UHGV virus genome: UHGV-0115009
DNA length: 35,806 bases
Direction: 5' to 3' (one strand)
DNA from: a virus
The translations under genes were made by a program, and so were the position numbers. Of this stretch, positions 25,932 through 35,400 are shown piece by piece. Under the pieces are notes generated by a model, which did not search any database, was not told the DNA's origin, and saw nothing but the letters and a program-made list of their open reading frames with translations. Position 1 is the stretch's first letter. Each line of letters opens with the position of its first letter.

Positions 25932-26059
25932 GAATCAGGGCAGCGGGCGGATGTTCTCGTTCGTCACCGAATTGTAGTTGGCATTGCCGTTGTTGTTGAC
26001 ATAGCACGCATTCGTAGACGAAGCCGCCGCTACGGAACGCTCCCACCAGTTGAGGCGCG
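25932..26059 (-). repeat. DGR template repeat (TR)
   Basis: Ungapped 128-bp match to the VR at offset 731; 10 AAY codons in the target frame. Confidence 0.97.
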
Positions 26060-26086
26060 TAGCAAGCCGTAACCGATGCCATAATT

Positions 26087-26575
26087 CTAAACCACCTTTT
26101 CGCTTGAAAGCTCTTCAAGTTCGGCAAGATGGCTTTTAGCTTGATTGATACGCTCTTCAATGGAAGCGCCGCCGGTGAGCTTCACCGTCTTGCGCGTGCC
26201 TTTCAGCAACGCTATCTCTCTATCGATCATGTCCGCAACGCTTTTGTACCGGTTCAAGTTAACCGGAAGATCGATGTCCTTCACGGTTTGAAGATCCTGC
26301 ACAAGACGTTTGCAATCTGCAATCGCAAGCGTCAGGTAGTGTTTTTTGTAGATCACGCTGTGAGCAGTGTTCGGGTAGAAAGCTTCGGCGCGCACGATGT
26401 TGTCCACAAGCGATTTGGCAGTTTCCACAGTCGGAACCGCCAGGATAAACCGGTAGGATTTAGGCACGACTCTGCTGGATGCCATCAGCTTCGTTACCTC
26501 TATGCGGATCTTTATCGCGTTGGCGTAAAACTCTAAGTTCGACACGTTTCTGTTGCGTTCCAGCACGTTGCTCAA
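26087..26575 (-). CDS. avd: DGR accessory variability determinant (Avd-like)
   Basis: 162-aa helical protein with PKSYRF motif, in the canonical position between target and TR. Confidence 0.8.
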   Translation of the reverse strand: MSNVLERNRNVSNLEFYANAIKIRIEVTKLMASSRVVPKSYRFILAVPTVETAKSLVDNIVRAEAFYPNTAHSVIYKKHYLTLAIADCKRLVQDLQTVKDIDLPVNLNRYKSVADMIDREIALLKGTRKTVKLTGGASIEERINQAKSHLAELEELSSEKVV

Positions 26576-26599
26576 TGGAGGGCTTCCTTCCTACAGCAT

Positions 26600-26625
26600 G
26601 CGCCCCCGCGCAAAGGCGGGGGCGC
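26600..26625. other. GC-rich hairpin downstream of VR (DGR target-recognition cruciform)
   Basis: GCGCCCCCGC-gcaaag-GCGGGGGCGC, a perfect 10-bp stem 25 bp after the target stop codon. Confidence 0.8.
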
Positions 26626-26650
26626 TAAAGGCGCGGGGCATGTTGGCTGG

Positions 26651-27559
26651 TTAGCCAACGTAGAAGCAGGGCAGCGGGCGGATGTTCCCGTTCGCCACCG
26701 AAAGGCAGTCGGCAACGCCGTCGCCGGTGACATAGCACGCATACGCAGACGAAGCCGCCGCTACGGAACGCTCCCACCAGCCGCGGCGCGAGCGGATCAC
26801 GGAACGCCCGTTCTCGAAGATCGGAAGCTGCTTGTCCGTGTTCGCCATCAACGTTTCGCCGTTCTGCGGCGTAGAGCAGCGAACCGCGCCCCAGACCTCG
26901 ATTTCAGACGGTGCCCAGATCTTGCCAAGATCCATCCACTTGCCGCCGTTGTCGGCGGTAAGCGTGCTGCCGTTCGTGTAGCGGACGGGATTGTAGACGC
27001 GGATGTTTTTGATGACCGCCTGCCATTCAGTTGGCAGGTACCCCAAAAACGTTTCATTCATCCACTCGAAAAGGCCGCTTGCGCGCCATGGGCTGGTTTC
27101 GTCCGCGTTTCCGTTGTTCGTGGACGTTTCGTTGAACTTCACCGCTTCGGGATACGCGATTGCAGGCACCATGGCAATCATCCTGCCGTTGATGGTGTCG
27201 CCAACGCCGTAATACTGGTCGAATCCTGCAATCTGGTAGATCATCGACGTGTGCGCGGTGTTGTTCAGCACGATGGTCACGTAATCGCCGATCTGCAAGC
27301 CGCTGTACTTCCCCTGCGTTACACGGTTCTTCAGCCATGCGGCAATCGTCGTGCTGCCGATTTCGTCCGCGAACTCCGTTGCGAGGTTGCGCCCAAGCTG
27401 CACGTAGTTGGATACGGTTTGGCCGATGCCGTTTGCGGTGCGGCTGGAAGCCGTAGCAAGCGCCAGCGCCGCATCGGCGGTTGCCTGAGCGTCGTCGTCG
27501 GTGAAGTTGTAGATGTTGCCGTCATCGTCAATGAACTGGTTGAGGTCGTAGGTAGCCAT
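26651..27559 (-). CDS. DGR target protein; putative receptor-binding protein with CLec-like (DUF6273-like) C-terminus
   Basis: Last gene of the tail module before the DGR; IGDY, KIWAPSEIEVWG, QLPIF and WWERS...V...G......IRPLPCF motifs; contains the VR. Confidence 0.9.
   Translation of the reverse strand: MATYDLNQFIDDDGNIYNFTDDDAQATADAALALATASSRTANGIGQTVSNYVQLGRNLATEFADEIGSTTIAAWLKNRVTQGKYSGLQIGDYVTIVLNNTAHTSMIYQIAGFDQYYGVGDTINGRMIAMVPAIAYPEAVKFNETSTNNGNADETSPWRASGLFEWMNETFLGYLPTEWQAVIKNIRVYNPVRYTNGSTLTADNGGKWMDLGKIWAPSEIEVWGAVRCSTPQNGETLMANTDKQLPIFENGRSVIRSRRGWWERSVAAASSAYACYVTGDGVADCLSVANGNIRPLPCFYVG
26663..26790 (-). repeat. DGR variable repeat (VR)
   Basis: Differs from TR at 17 template adenines plus one non-A site at the 5' edge; encodes the target C-terminus. 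Confidence 0.97.
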
Positions 27560-27573
27560 GTTGTTCCTTTCCT

Positions 27574-28683
27574 TTACATCGCCGCAATGTGCATGCGGCC
27601 TTCATCGTATGAGGCGGTCGGCACGGTCATTATTCCAGCGCTGATGCTTACGCCCCGAACATACATGCTTCCGCCCATGTAGAACGGATAGCTGCCCGCG
27701 TTCATGGCAAGCACGGACACGGCGGCCTGCAGCGCCGCTATCTGCGCCATCAGATCTTCGATTTCGGCCGCGTTGGCATCCGCCTTCCTGTTGGCAGCCT
27801 CGCCGCGCGCCAAGGCGTACTGCCCTGTCATAAGCGCCTGGTCGGCGGAGCAGCGCACGGTTGGCAGCCGCATCCGTCCTTCCTGCGGCTCGCCTCCTTT
27901 GACAAGCAGCTGGCCATCCGCGAAGGCAATTTGATCGGCGTGAACGTACCATGACCCGTTCACGTACATCCCGCTGGTGCAGCTGTTGCGCGCCAGCGTG
28001 TCCAGGCTGTCCGCCGCCGTGGCGTCAAGCCATACGCCCGTTATGTGGGAAACGGCGCCGTGGATCATGCCGCCGACGTTGCTTGCGGCGCTGTTCGCCC
28101 TGCTGGCGGCATACGTCGCTTCGGCGGTTGCGGCTTCGCAGATCGACACCGCAGCTTCCGAAGTGTTGAGCGCCTCGTTCACGTCGGAAAGCATCTGCGT
28201 TGCCTGCGCCACAAGGTCGTCAACCGTGTTGGTGAGCGCTTCGGCGTTGTCCAGGTACGTTTCCAGTTCGGCTATGATGCGCTCAATGTACGGGATGTAA
28301 TCGGAATCCGTGAACATGCAGATGCCCGGCAGCGTCACGATGTCCATAGTTTCGGTGGTGATGATTTCGCCGCTTGGCGTGTAAACGGCGAAGTACGCAA
28401 GCTGGATCACGCCGTCTTGCAGCGCAAGGCCGGACGGAAGCGTGATGCTGACGAAGCCGTTTTCAACGCTGGTAACGGAAGCGGGTTCAACGAACTTGTG
28501 CCCGTCTCCGCGCTCCGCTTCGAAGTACACGTTGCAGCCCGTAAGGCTGTAGGGTTCGCTGTCTCTCGTTATCTGCACGTTCAGCGGGGCGCTGTCGATT
28601 TCTCCCTGGCGCACAACTGTTGGGCGGTTGCTGCGGAACTTGATGCGCTGCTTGTTGAGGTCTAGGATCAGATAATCGTCCAT
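27574..28683 (-). CDS. BppU-like baseplate upper protein
   Basis: VRQGE.DS..LNVQIT...PYSLTG..V.F N-terminal motif followed by coiled coils; AAGGAGG RBS. Confidence 0.75.
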   Translation of the reverse strand: MDDYLILDLNKQRIKFRSNRPTVVRQGEIDSAPLNVQITRDSEPYSLTGCNVYFEAERGDGHKFVEPASVTSVENGFVSITLPSGLALQDGVIQLAYFAVYTPSGEIITTETMDIVTLPGICMFTDSDYIPYIERIIAELETYLDNAEALTNTVDDLVAQATQMLSDVNEALNTSEAAVSICEAATAEATYAASRANSAASNVGGMIHGAVSHITGVWLDATAADSLDTLARNSCTSGMYVNGSWYVHADQIAFADGQLLVKGGEPQEGRMRLPTVRCSADQALMTGQYALARGEAANRKADANAAEIEDLMAQIAALQAAVSVLAMNAGSYPFYMGGSMYVRGVSISAGIMTVPTASYDEGRMHIAAM

Positions 28684-28697
28684 GGCATACCTCCTTC

Positions 28698-28937
28698 CTA
28701 CAATCGTTTCGCCAACGCAACGCATTGTCCGTTGGCCATTACAAGCACCAGCACGCGGCTGCCAGCCGCTGCGGAAACGCACGCGGCGCAGCGTGTCGTC
28801 ACCGACGAATCGTTCAGCTGCACTTGGTAGCTGCCATCCGCGTTGACGGATTCCACAACGCCCCAGCAGTGGAATTCGCGCGCCTTGTTGCGCGGCAGCA
28901 TCATCGCCGCAACATCGTCAACGGTTACGCCTGCCAT
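28698..28937 (-). CDS. Small tail-tip protein (OB-fold-like)
   Basis: WGVVESVNADGSYQVQL...AGSRVLVLV; follows the hub-like gene. Confidence 0.6.
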   Translation of the reverse strand: MAGVTVDDVAAMMLPRNKAREFHCWGVVESVNADGSYQVQLNDSSVTTRCAACVSAAAGSRVLVLVMANGQCVALAKRL

Positions 28938-30040
28938 GAGATTCCCCCTTCCGTTTCGATCACAAGCGACGGATGCACGTACCGGCGCACTTTGCTGGTA
29001 GTGCTGCCGGAGGGCTGCAGGCTGATGGTCTGGTTCGTCACGCTGCCGCTTTTCGAAAGCCCAGCGCCGCCGTATTCCAGCGCGACGGAGGTGTTGCGCT
29101 GGACAGGAACCCACGCGTGGGAAACCGTCGTGTATTCGATCTCGCTGCTGTTGTCCAGCAGCTTGCGCCTGGCAAGATCTTTCAGGTTCGAAAGCTTCTG
29201 CGCAGCCGTATCGCCTTCAAGCTCGCTGACGCTTTCGCAAAGCGTTATCTCTTCGTTTCGAACCGTTACCGAAGCGCGCGATGTGGGATCTGTGTTCGAA
29301 GCAGATGCCCACAATGAAAGTTCATCGGTCTCGTAGGTGAGGCGCACCACGTTTGGCGTTTCAGCCCAGTTGTTCGACACCTTCACTTCTGGGAAGAAGA
29401 TGCTGTTCTCGCCGTCTGCGAACGTGAAGGCGATTGCCCTGTCCGTGGGCTCCACGTAAGGATGCATCTGCACCACGCCGTATGCGTCGGTGTCAAGCGA
29501 AGCGTATCCAGCAACGTCCATCAGCCAGTTGCAGATCGTCAGATAGCTGTCATCGGCGCTGAACGTGTGGTCTGCCGAAGTCTCGTAGCTGCTTGCAGTC
29601 GCGTTCACGCGAAGATGCAGGCTTTCGCACAGCTGCTTGGCGAAGGAAACCGCAGCCGTTCCGGCAGGCACGGTGAAAGGCCGCCCGTACTGCCGGTTAG
29701 ATAGGATCTGCAGCAGGCCGTACAGATCTATGCTGCCTGAAACGCTGTCCCCGTTGTACTCGGGTTCTGTGATGCTCATGCGCATGGTTGCCAGGGCATG
29801 CGTGGCGCGCTGGTTGTCATCGTCCAGGAACGTGTAGTAGATCCTGAGTAGATCCAAATCGCTCGGCGCTTCGTCGCCTTCGAAGTCGCAGCTTCCGCTT
29901 TCCCGGATCTCGCTGAACGCGGATGATTCGATGCTTCCTCCGTACACCTGCGCAATCTCTTCGCCTTCGACCTGCCCAGGAAACGAAACACGCCGGAAGA
30001 TGAACTGCTCTTCGTGCCTGTTGCCAAAGTAATCGACCAT
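28925..30040 (-). CDS. Minor tail / baseplate hub-like protein
   Basis: About 370 aa downstream of the FN3 tail protein; DAYG and TPNVV motifs. Confidence 0.7.
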   Translation of the reverse strand: MVDYFGNRHEEQFIFRRVSFPGQVEGEEIAQVYGGSIESSAFSEIRESGSCDFEGDEAPSDLDLLRIYYTFLDDDNQRATHALATMRMSITEPEYNGDSVSGSIDLYGLLQILSNRQYGRPFTVPAGTAAVSFAKQLCESLHLRVNATASSYETSADHTFSADDSYLTICNWLMDVAGYASLDTDAYGVVQMHPYVEPTDRAIAFTFADGENSIFFPEVKVSNNWAETPNVVRLTYETDELSLWASASNTDPTSRASVTVRNEEITLCESVSELEGDTAAQKLSNLKDLARRKLLDNSSEIEYTTVSHAWVPVQRNTSVALEYGGAGLSKSGSVTNQTISLQPSGSTTSKVRRYVHPSLVIETEGGISWQA

Positions 30041-32457
30041 CACAGCACCTTCCCGTCTATGCGCTTGATCGAAACGTCAACAGTTCCGTACACGCCGGGG
30101 ATGGTGTGCTCCGGATGCAGATCAACCGTGCATTTGGCGTGGAACACGTGACCGTCCACGCTTTTGTAAACACAACGCCCGCCGGAAGCCATCAGCGAAT
30201 AGAACGCCAGGGCTTCTTCGTCGTGCATCAGAAAGCCCGAAAAGCTGCGCTCATCACCCATGTTCGCGCCGTCGTAGCTGACCGGCCATCTGCGCCCCGC
30301 GTAGTAGTTCTCAACGGCATTCGGGCGCGTCAATGAAATGTCTTCTGCAGGATCTAGCTTCGCCTTGGCGATAAGTCCGTCACCGTAGTAGAAGAACGTG
30401 TAAGGGCTTTCCAGCACGCCCCTGAAACGGCGGGAATTGGTCGCGCCAGAATTCGCGAAGCTGACCGCTTCGTAATAGAACTCGCGGTTGACCGGCGCGT
30501 AAGGGTCTGTGAAATCAAGCTCGTTCAGCGCATCCTCGACCAGCAGAACGCGCTCTTCGCCCACCACGCGGAAGATGGCAACGCGCTCGATGTCCGCCAG
30601 CGCGTTGTCCACGCCCTCGTACACCGATATGCGCACGTGCCCGTCTTCCGGGTATGTTCGCATGCCCAGCAGAACGGGGCGCGGGAGCGCGAAAGCAACG
30701 TTCACGTCGCGCGTGGCGATGCATTGAAGCGTTGAGGTGGATCTGCAGACCGCCGTGATCCTGTATGATGCGCCGTCTTCGGGAAGCCAGCTGTTTATGT
30801 CTATCGTCACGCTGGTGGCTGTTCCCATGTCGATTTCGTACTCGGTCACGCCTGCGCGTGCAATCGAAAGGCTGATGCCGGAAAGAACGCCGGACGGATC
30901 GCTGTAGCTGATCTGCACGGTCACGGGCGTTGCGGAAATGACCGCGCCATCGACGGGCGCAGAAATCACCGCAGTCGGAACCTGGTAGACATGGAATGTT
31001 CCTGTTGCCGACCACGGGCTGAAATCGGCATGCGCGCCCTTCGTCCGCACGCGCCACCGCACCAGGCTGTTCAGCGGGAAATCGTTGTCACGGGTTAGCG
31101 TCTGCACCGAACCGGAAACCGTGTGCGTGTCCCATGATTGGCCGTCCGTGCTGAACTGCACTTCCGCGTTGGTCTGCGCGCTGCCGTCTATCGGGTTGTG
31201 GCTCCACCTGACGGTAAGCGAATCAAGGGACACGTCCACCACGGTCGAAGATCCCGGCGATAGCAACGTGGGCGCGGACGGCGGCGTTATGGTCACGACG
31301 GCGGCATCGGCCTGTTTCCAGACGGACGCGAGCGTGCCGCGCGTGTTGCGGCAACGGTAGTAGAACGTGCCGCCGCCCGGCGTATCCTCGAACGTCTCAA
31401 CGGTGCCGGAAATAGTCTTGATCGTCGTCCAGCTTGTGCCGTTTGTGCTGCGCTGCACCTCCATCGCGCTGGCAGTCTTCGCGGGGTTGACTATTGTGGC
31501 CTTGATCGTCGTTTCCGCCTTGCGCGCAACGGTGATGCGCGAAGGCGCTGCAGGCGTGTTGTATGTGGTGCCCGAATAAGCGGCGGGTGCGCTGCCTGCA
31601 GAATTGCGGGGGATGACGGCGTACCTGTAGCTGTGGTTAGGGCTTGTTGTCGTGTCCGCGTAGCTGGTAGCGGTGTTCGCGCATGTTGCCAGATCCGCCC
31701 ATGCGCCGCCATCGACCTGCCGCCTAACCAGGATCGAGGAATACAGCGCGGTCGATGCGCCGCGCTGCCATGTGACGGTGTTCTTCGTATCGCTGTTGCG
31801 CGTGTTGACAACGTTGGTGCACGCGGCGGGCGTGTTGTAGATGTAGGCGCTGGCTGACGATGCCGCGCTGCCAGCGGAGTTGACGGCCAGAACGCGGTAG
31901 CGGTAGTAGTGGTTCTTCGCCGTTGTCGTGTCCGCATAGCTGTTCGTTGACGCGGCGAGGCCGGTTCTGATGTTAGTCCATGCACCGCCATCCGTGCTGC
32001 GCTGCACCGTGATGGACGCGTAGCGCCTGGCGGTGGTTGAATTGTTCGACCATTTGAGCGTGCATTTCGTATCGCTGTTGCGCGCAACGGTTAGATTCGT
32101 CGGCGCTTTCGGCGACCATGTTGGCACGGAGGGACTGTAGACACCCGTTGCGCTGGACGAATAGTAAGCGCCGCTGTAGCCCGTGTAGTTCGCAGACGCG
32201 CTCTGCGTGGTCGAAGATCCGTATCCAACCCAGCCAACGTTCTGCCAACCGCTGTCGGCGTATGTGCCCGAGCCGTATATCCTGACGCTTCCAGCCCAGC
32301 TTGTTTTCAGCAGCGTGCCGCTGAAGTTGCCGGAAACGACCTGCACCCACCTGCGCACCTGCACGTAGCCGGAAGTCTCGTTCTGGCTGCTGGTTCGCAT
32401 GTCGATGCACACGCGGAATTTGGAGCCAGGGCCAGCATTGCCGCCATACCAGGCCAT
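30040..32457 (-). CDS. Minor tail protein with fibronectin type III repeats
   Basis: Repeated P..P...L.W...VQRSTDGGAW...SYADTT...Y.YRV.A.NSAG units; directly after the tape measure gene. Confidence 0.82.
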   Translation of the reverse strand: MAWYGGNAGPGSKFRVCIDMRTSSQNETSGYVQVRRWVQVVSGNFSGTLLKTSWAGSVRIYGSGTYADSGWQNVGWVGYGSSTTQSASANYTGYSGAYYSSSATGVYSPSVPTWSPKAPTNLTVARNSDTKCTLKWSNNSTTARRYASITVQRSTDGGAWTNIRTGLAASTNSYADTTTAKNHYYRYRVLAVNSAGSAASSASAYIYNTPAACTNVVNTRNSDTKNTVTWQRGASTALYSSILVRRQVDGGAWADLATCANTATSYADTTTSPNHSYRYAVIPRNSAGSAPAAYSGTTYNTPAAPSRITVARKAETTIKATIVNPAKTASAMEVQRSTNGTSWTTIKTISGTVETFEDTPGGGTFYYRCRNTRGTLASVWKQADAAVVTITPPSAPTLLSPGSSTVVDVSLDSLTVRWSHNPIDGSAQTNAEVQFSTDGQSWDTHTVSGSVQTLTRDNDFPLNSLVRWRVRTKGAHADFSPWSATGTFHVYQVPTAVISAPVDGAVISATPVTVQISYSDPSGVLSGISLSIARAGVTEYEIDMGTATSVTIDINSWLPEDGASYRITAVCRSTSTLQCIATRDVNVAFALPRPVLLGMRTYPEDGHVRISVYEGVDNALADIERVAIFRVVGEERVLLVEDALNELDFTDPYAPVNREFYYEAVSFANSGATNSRRFRGVLESPYTFFYYGDGLIAKAKLDPAEDISLTRPNAVENYYAGRRWPVSYDGANMGDERSFSGFLMHDEEALAFYSLMASGGRCVYKSVDGHVFHAKCTVDLHPEHTIPGVYGTVDVSIKRIDGKVL

Positions 32458-32460
32458 GCG

Positions 32461-35400
32461 TTACCTCCTATCAGGGTTCATGCGCGCCGCGCGTGCAAGC
32501 ACCGCGAAAACGTCCTGGACGGTTTCCACGCCTGCTGCATCCTGGGCGTTCATGGTTATGTTGCCGAAGCTGTAGTAGTTGTTGACGGTCTGCCCGACCG
32601 CGCCGGATCTGCGCTGCGCGCCGTAACCGCCCGCGTTTTCATACAGCGGGATGTACGTTTTCGTGAAAGACGCTTCCGGCGGGCTCACGTTCATGGCGCG
32701 CTCGAGCGAGCGAGCCTGGGCGGCAACGTCGGATTCCTTCTTCTCCATGCCGCGAATGATGCCGAGGTCGAAGTACTCGCCTACGGCTATGCCCTCTTTC
32801 GAAGGCGAAGCGATGCCAAGCGCCGACTTGATAGCGCCCAAGGCGCTCATGCCGACGTTGTAGGCAACAGACCAGATGGAAACGCCGCTCATGCCGCTGC
32901 CGAAACTGCGGACGAAGTTGCTGCCCGCGCCGTAAGCAGAAACGCTTTCCATGCCGCTTTTGCCGCTGTTGGCAAGGCTTCGGCCAGACGAATACGCGCT
33001 GCCGCTGCCGATTGCGCCGGAAAAGCGGCTCGCCGCCTGGCTGCCGGTGCCGGAATAGGCGCTGGGCGCGCCCGAAATGCCCTGTTTCGCGCTGCTGAGA
33101 AGGGCGCTCGCGTTGGAGAACACGCTTCCAACGCCGGAACCCAGGCCGGATGCCAGAAGGCTGCTGGCGCTCGTTCCGGTCGTGTTCGCATCGCCGGGCA
33201 TGCCTGAAATTGCGGCGATTGCCATCTGCGCAAGCGAGCCCATGGCGGTGATCGGCTGATCCTGTCCAGCCGTGATGCCGTTGGCAAGGCCGGTGTCCAC
33301 GTCGATGCCCAGCTGGTGCATGACCTGCGAGGGGCTGTGGCTCTCGAAAGCGGTTTTGGCGTTGTCGATGGTCTGCTGGCTCATCAGCCCGATTGCCTCG
33401 GCGGGCATCGAAGCGTTTCCGGTGATGCCGTCCGCAAGCCCCTGGTCGATGTCCGCGCCCAGGATCTTCACGGCTGCCTCCACATCGCCGTTGGTGAATT
33501 CCAGGATAAGCGCCTGCTTCACGATGCTGGCCGCGTTGGTGCTCAACCCGGCGTTCGCGGTGATGGAGTTTGCCAGCGCCACGATGGCATCCTCGCCCGA
33601 TGCGCCGGCGGAATCGGCAAGCAGCTTGAACTGCGCTGTAGTCAGACCGGTAACGTTCGTCGCGGCGTTCACCGCGCCCTGCGCTTCGGCGCTGAAGTTC
33701 TCCGTCAGCCACTTTCCAGCGTTAGCGCCCTGCGAAGACGCATCCGTGGCCATGGAGAACAGGGCGGCGGAAACGGAAGCGGCAGTGCCGTCGTATGCCT
33801 GCGCCAGCTTCGTCGTTTCCTCCATAGTCAACGTGGAAAGCGTTTGCGTTGAAACGCCCAGCGCGCCCAGGGAATCGACCAGGGAAACGGTGCTTTTGCC
33901 CGCAGCGTTGAACGCCGCCGTGAGGCTGTCGTTGTTTGCCACCGCTTCGGCGATGCTGTCGTTGCCCGCGTCTATGGCCATCTGGTACAGGGTCTGCGCG
34001 TCCTCCAAGCCGCCAAGCGCTGCCTTCTGGGCTTCGCAGGTGGCGTTGGCCTGATCCATCTTGTTTTTGGCATCGGTCACCTGCCAGGCCATTCCGCTCG
34101 CCGCTTCTGCGGCTCCCATGGTGCCGTTCGCGGCTTCCTCGATCAGCCTGTTGTATTCCGAAACGGTATCTAAGTAATTTTTTTCTGCGGCGGCGGCGGC
34201 GTTCTCGCTGTCCGTGATGCCTTTCAGCGCTTCCGCATACGCTTCCCCGGCGGCTTCAAGGCGGATCTGGTTCTTCTGCGCGTCGATAAGGTTCAGGATC
34301 TCATCGCGCGCCACCGATGCGCCGTCAGCCATCATGCGGTAGCCCTCTTCTGCGCTTCCCGCAACCTGGTAGCTGGTGCCGCACTGCTCGTTCACGCCGT
34401 CAAGCGCAATCTGCAGCTTCGCCGCCTCTTCGGCGGTAAGGCTGCTCTTCCCGCCAAGCTCTTCGATCACGTCGCGGTAGTTCTGCACCATCCCCAGCGT
34501 GTTTCCGGCTTCGGAATAGATGCTGCTGATGCTGTCGGCAAGCTCGGCGTTGCGCTGGATCATCGCATCGATTTCCGCGCCAAGGTTCCCAACGTTCCCC
34601 GTTGCGGATTCGGTTTCGCCGCCGAAGCTGCTTACGCTTACGCGCGCGCCGTTGAATGAATCGAGCATGGCGGACGTTGCGCCGGTAAGACCGTCCGTCG
34701 CCTTCTCGTACTGCTTCTGCTGCTCCACCAGATCGCCAACGGCTGTTGCCACGGCGATGATGCCGGAAATGACCGCAAGCGGCGCAACCGTTTTCAGGGC
34801 GGTGCCGAACGCCTTCGCCGCGCCGGAACCCGCCTTCATCGCTATGGTCTGCGTGTCAACGGCCTTCGCCGTTGACTTCGCGCTTGTTCCTGCTGCTGCG
34901 GTGGCGCTTGCCGTGGCGGTTGCTGCGGTAGCGCCTTCCTTCGCCGCCTTCGTCCCCTTTTTCGTTGATTCGGTTGCCTTCTCAATCTGGCTGGACGTTT
35001 TGGCGGTCTGGTTCGCGCTTACGGCAAGGCGCTGCGCGAACGTTCCTTCCGTGGCGACGCGCCGCAGAAGCTCGGCGTTGTCAGTGCGCGTTAGGTTGAT
35101 CAGCGAGCCCATGGCGCGCTGCTTCGCGCCTATCGCCTTCGTGGTGCTGCCGACAAGCTGCAGGTACTTCCCTCCCGCAATCATCAACGGCGGGAAGGCA
35201 GCGGCTGCGCCCACAAGCCCCAGGATGACCTTCTGCTGGCCTTCATCCATGTCGGCGAACGCGCCTGCGGCATCTCCCACGAACTGCAGCAGCGGCTCAC
35301 CTGCTTCCAGCGCGTCAAGCAGGGCGTTTACCAGCGGCGTGCCGATTTCCTCAGCGATTGCGATTACCCTGTTCTGCAGGATCTCGATGCGCGATGCAAG

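Noticed and set aside
25717..26160. 147-aa ORF spanning TR and the spacer
   Set aside because: It overlaps avd, is out of frame with the VR-equivalent reading and has no protein-like motifs; the region is better explained as DGR RNA.
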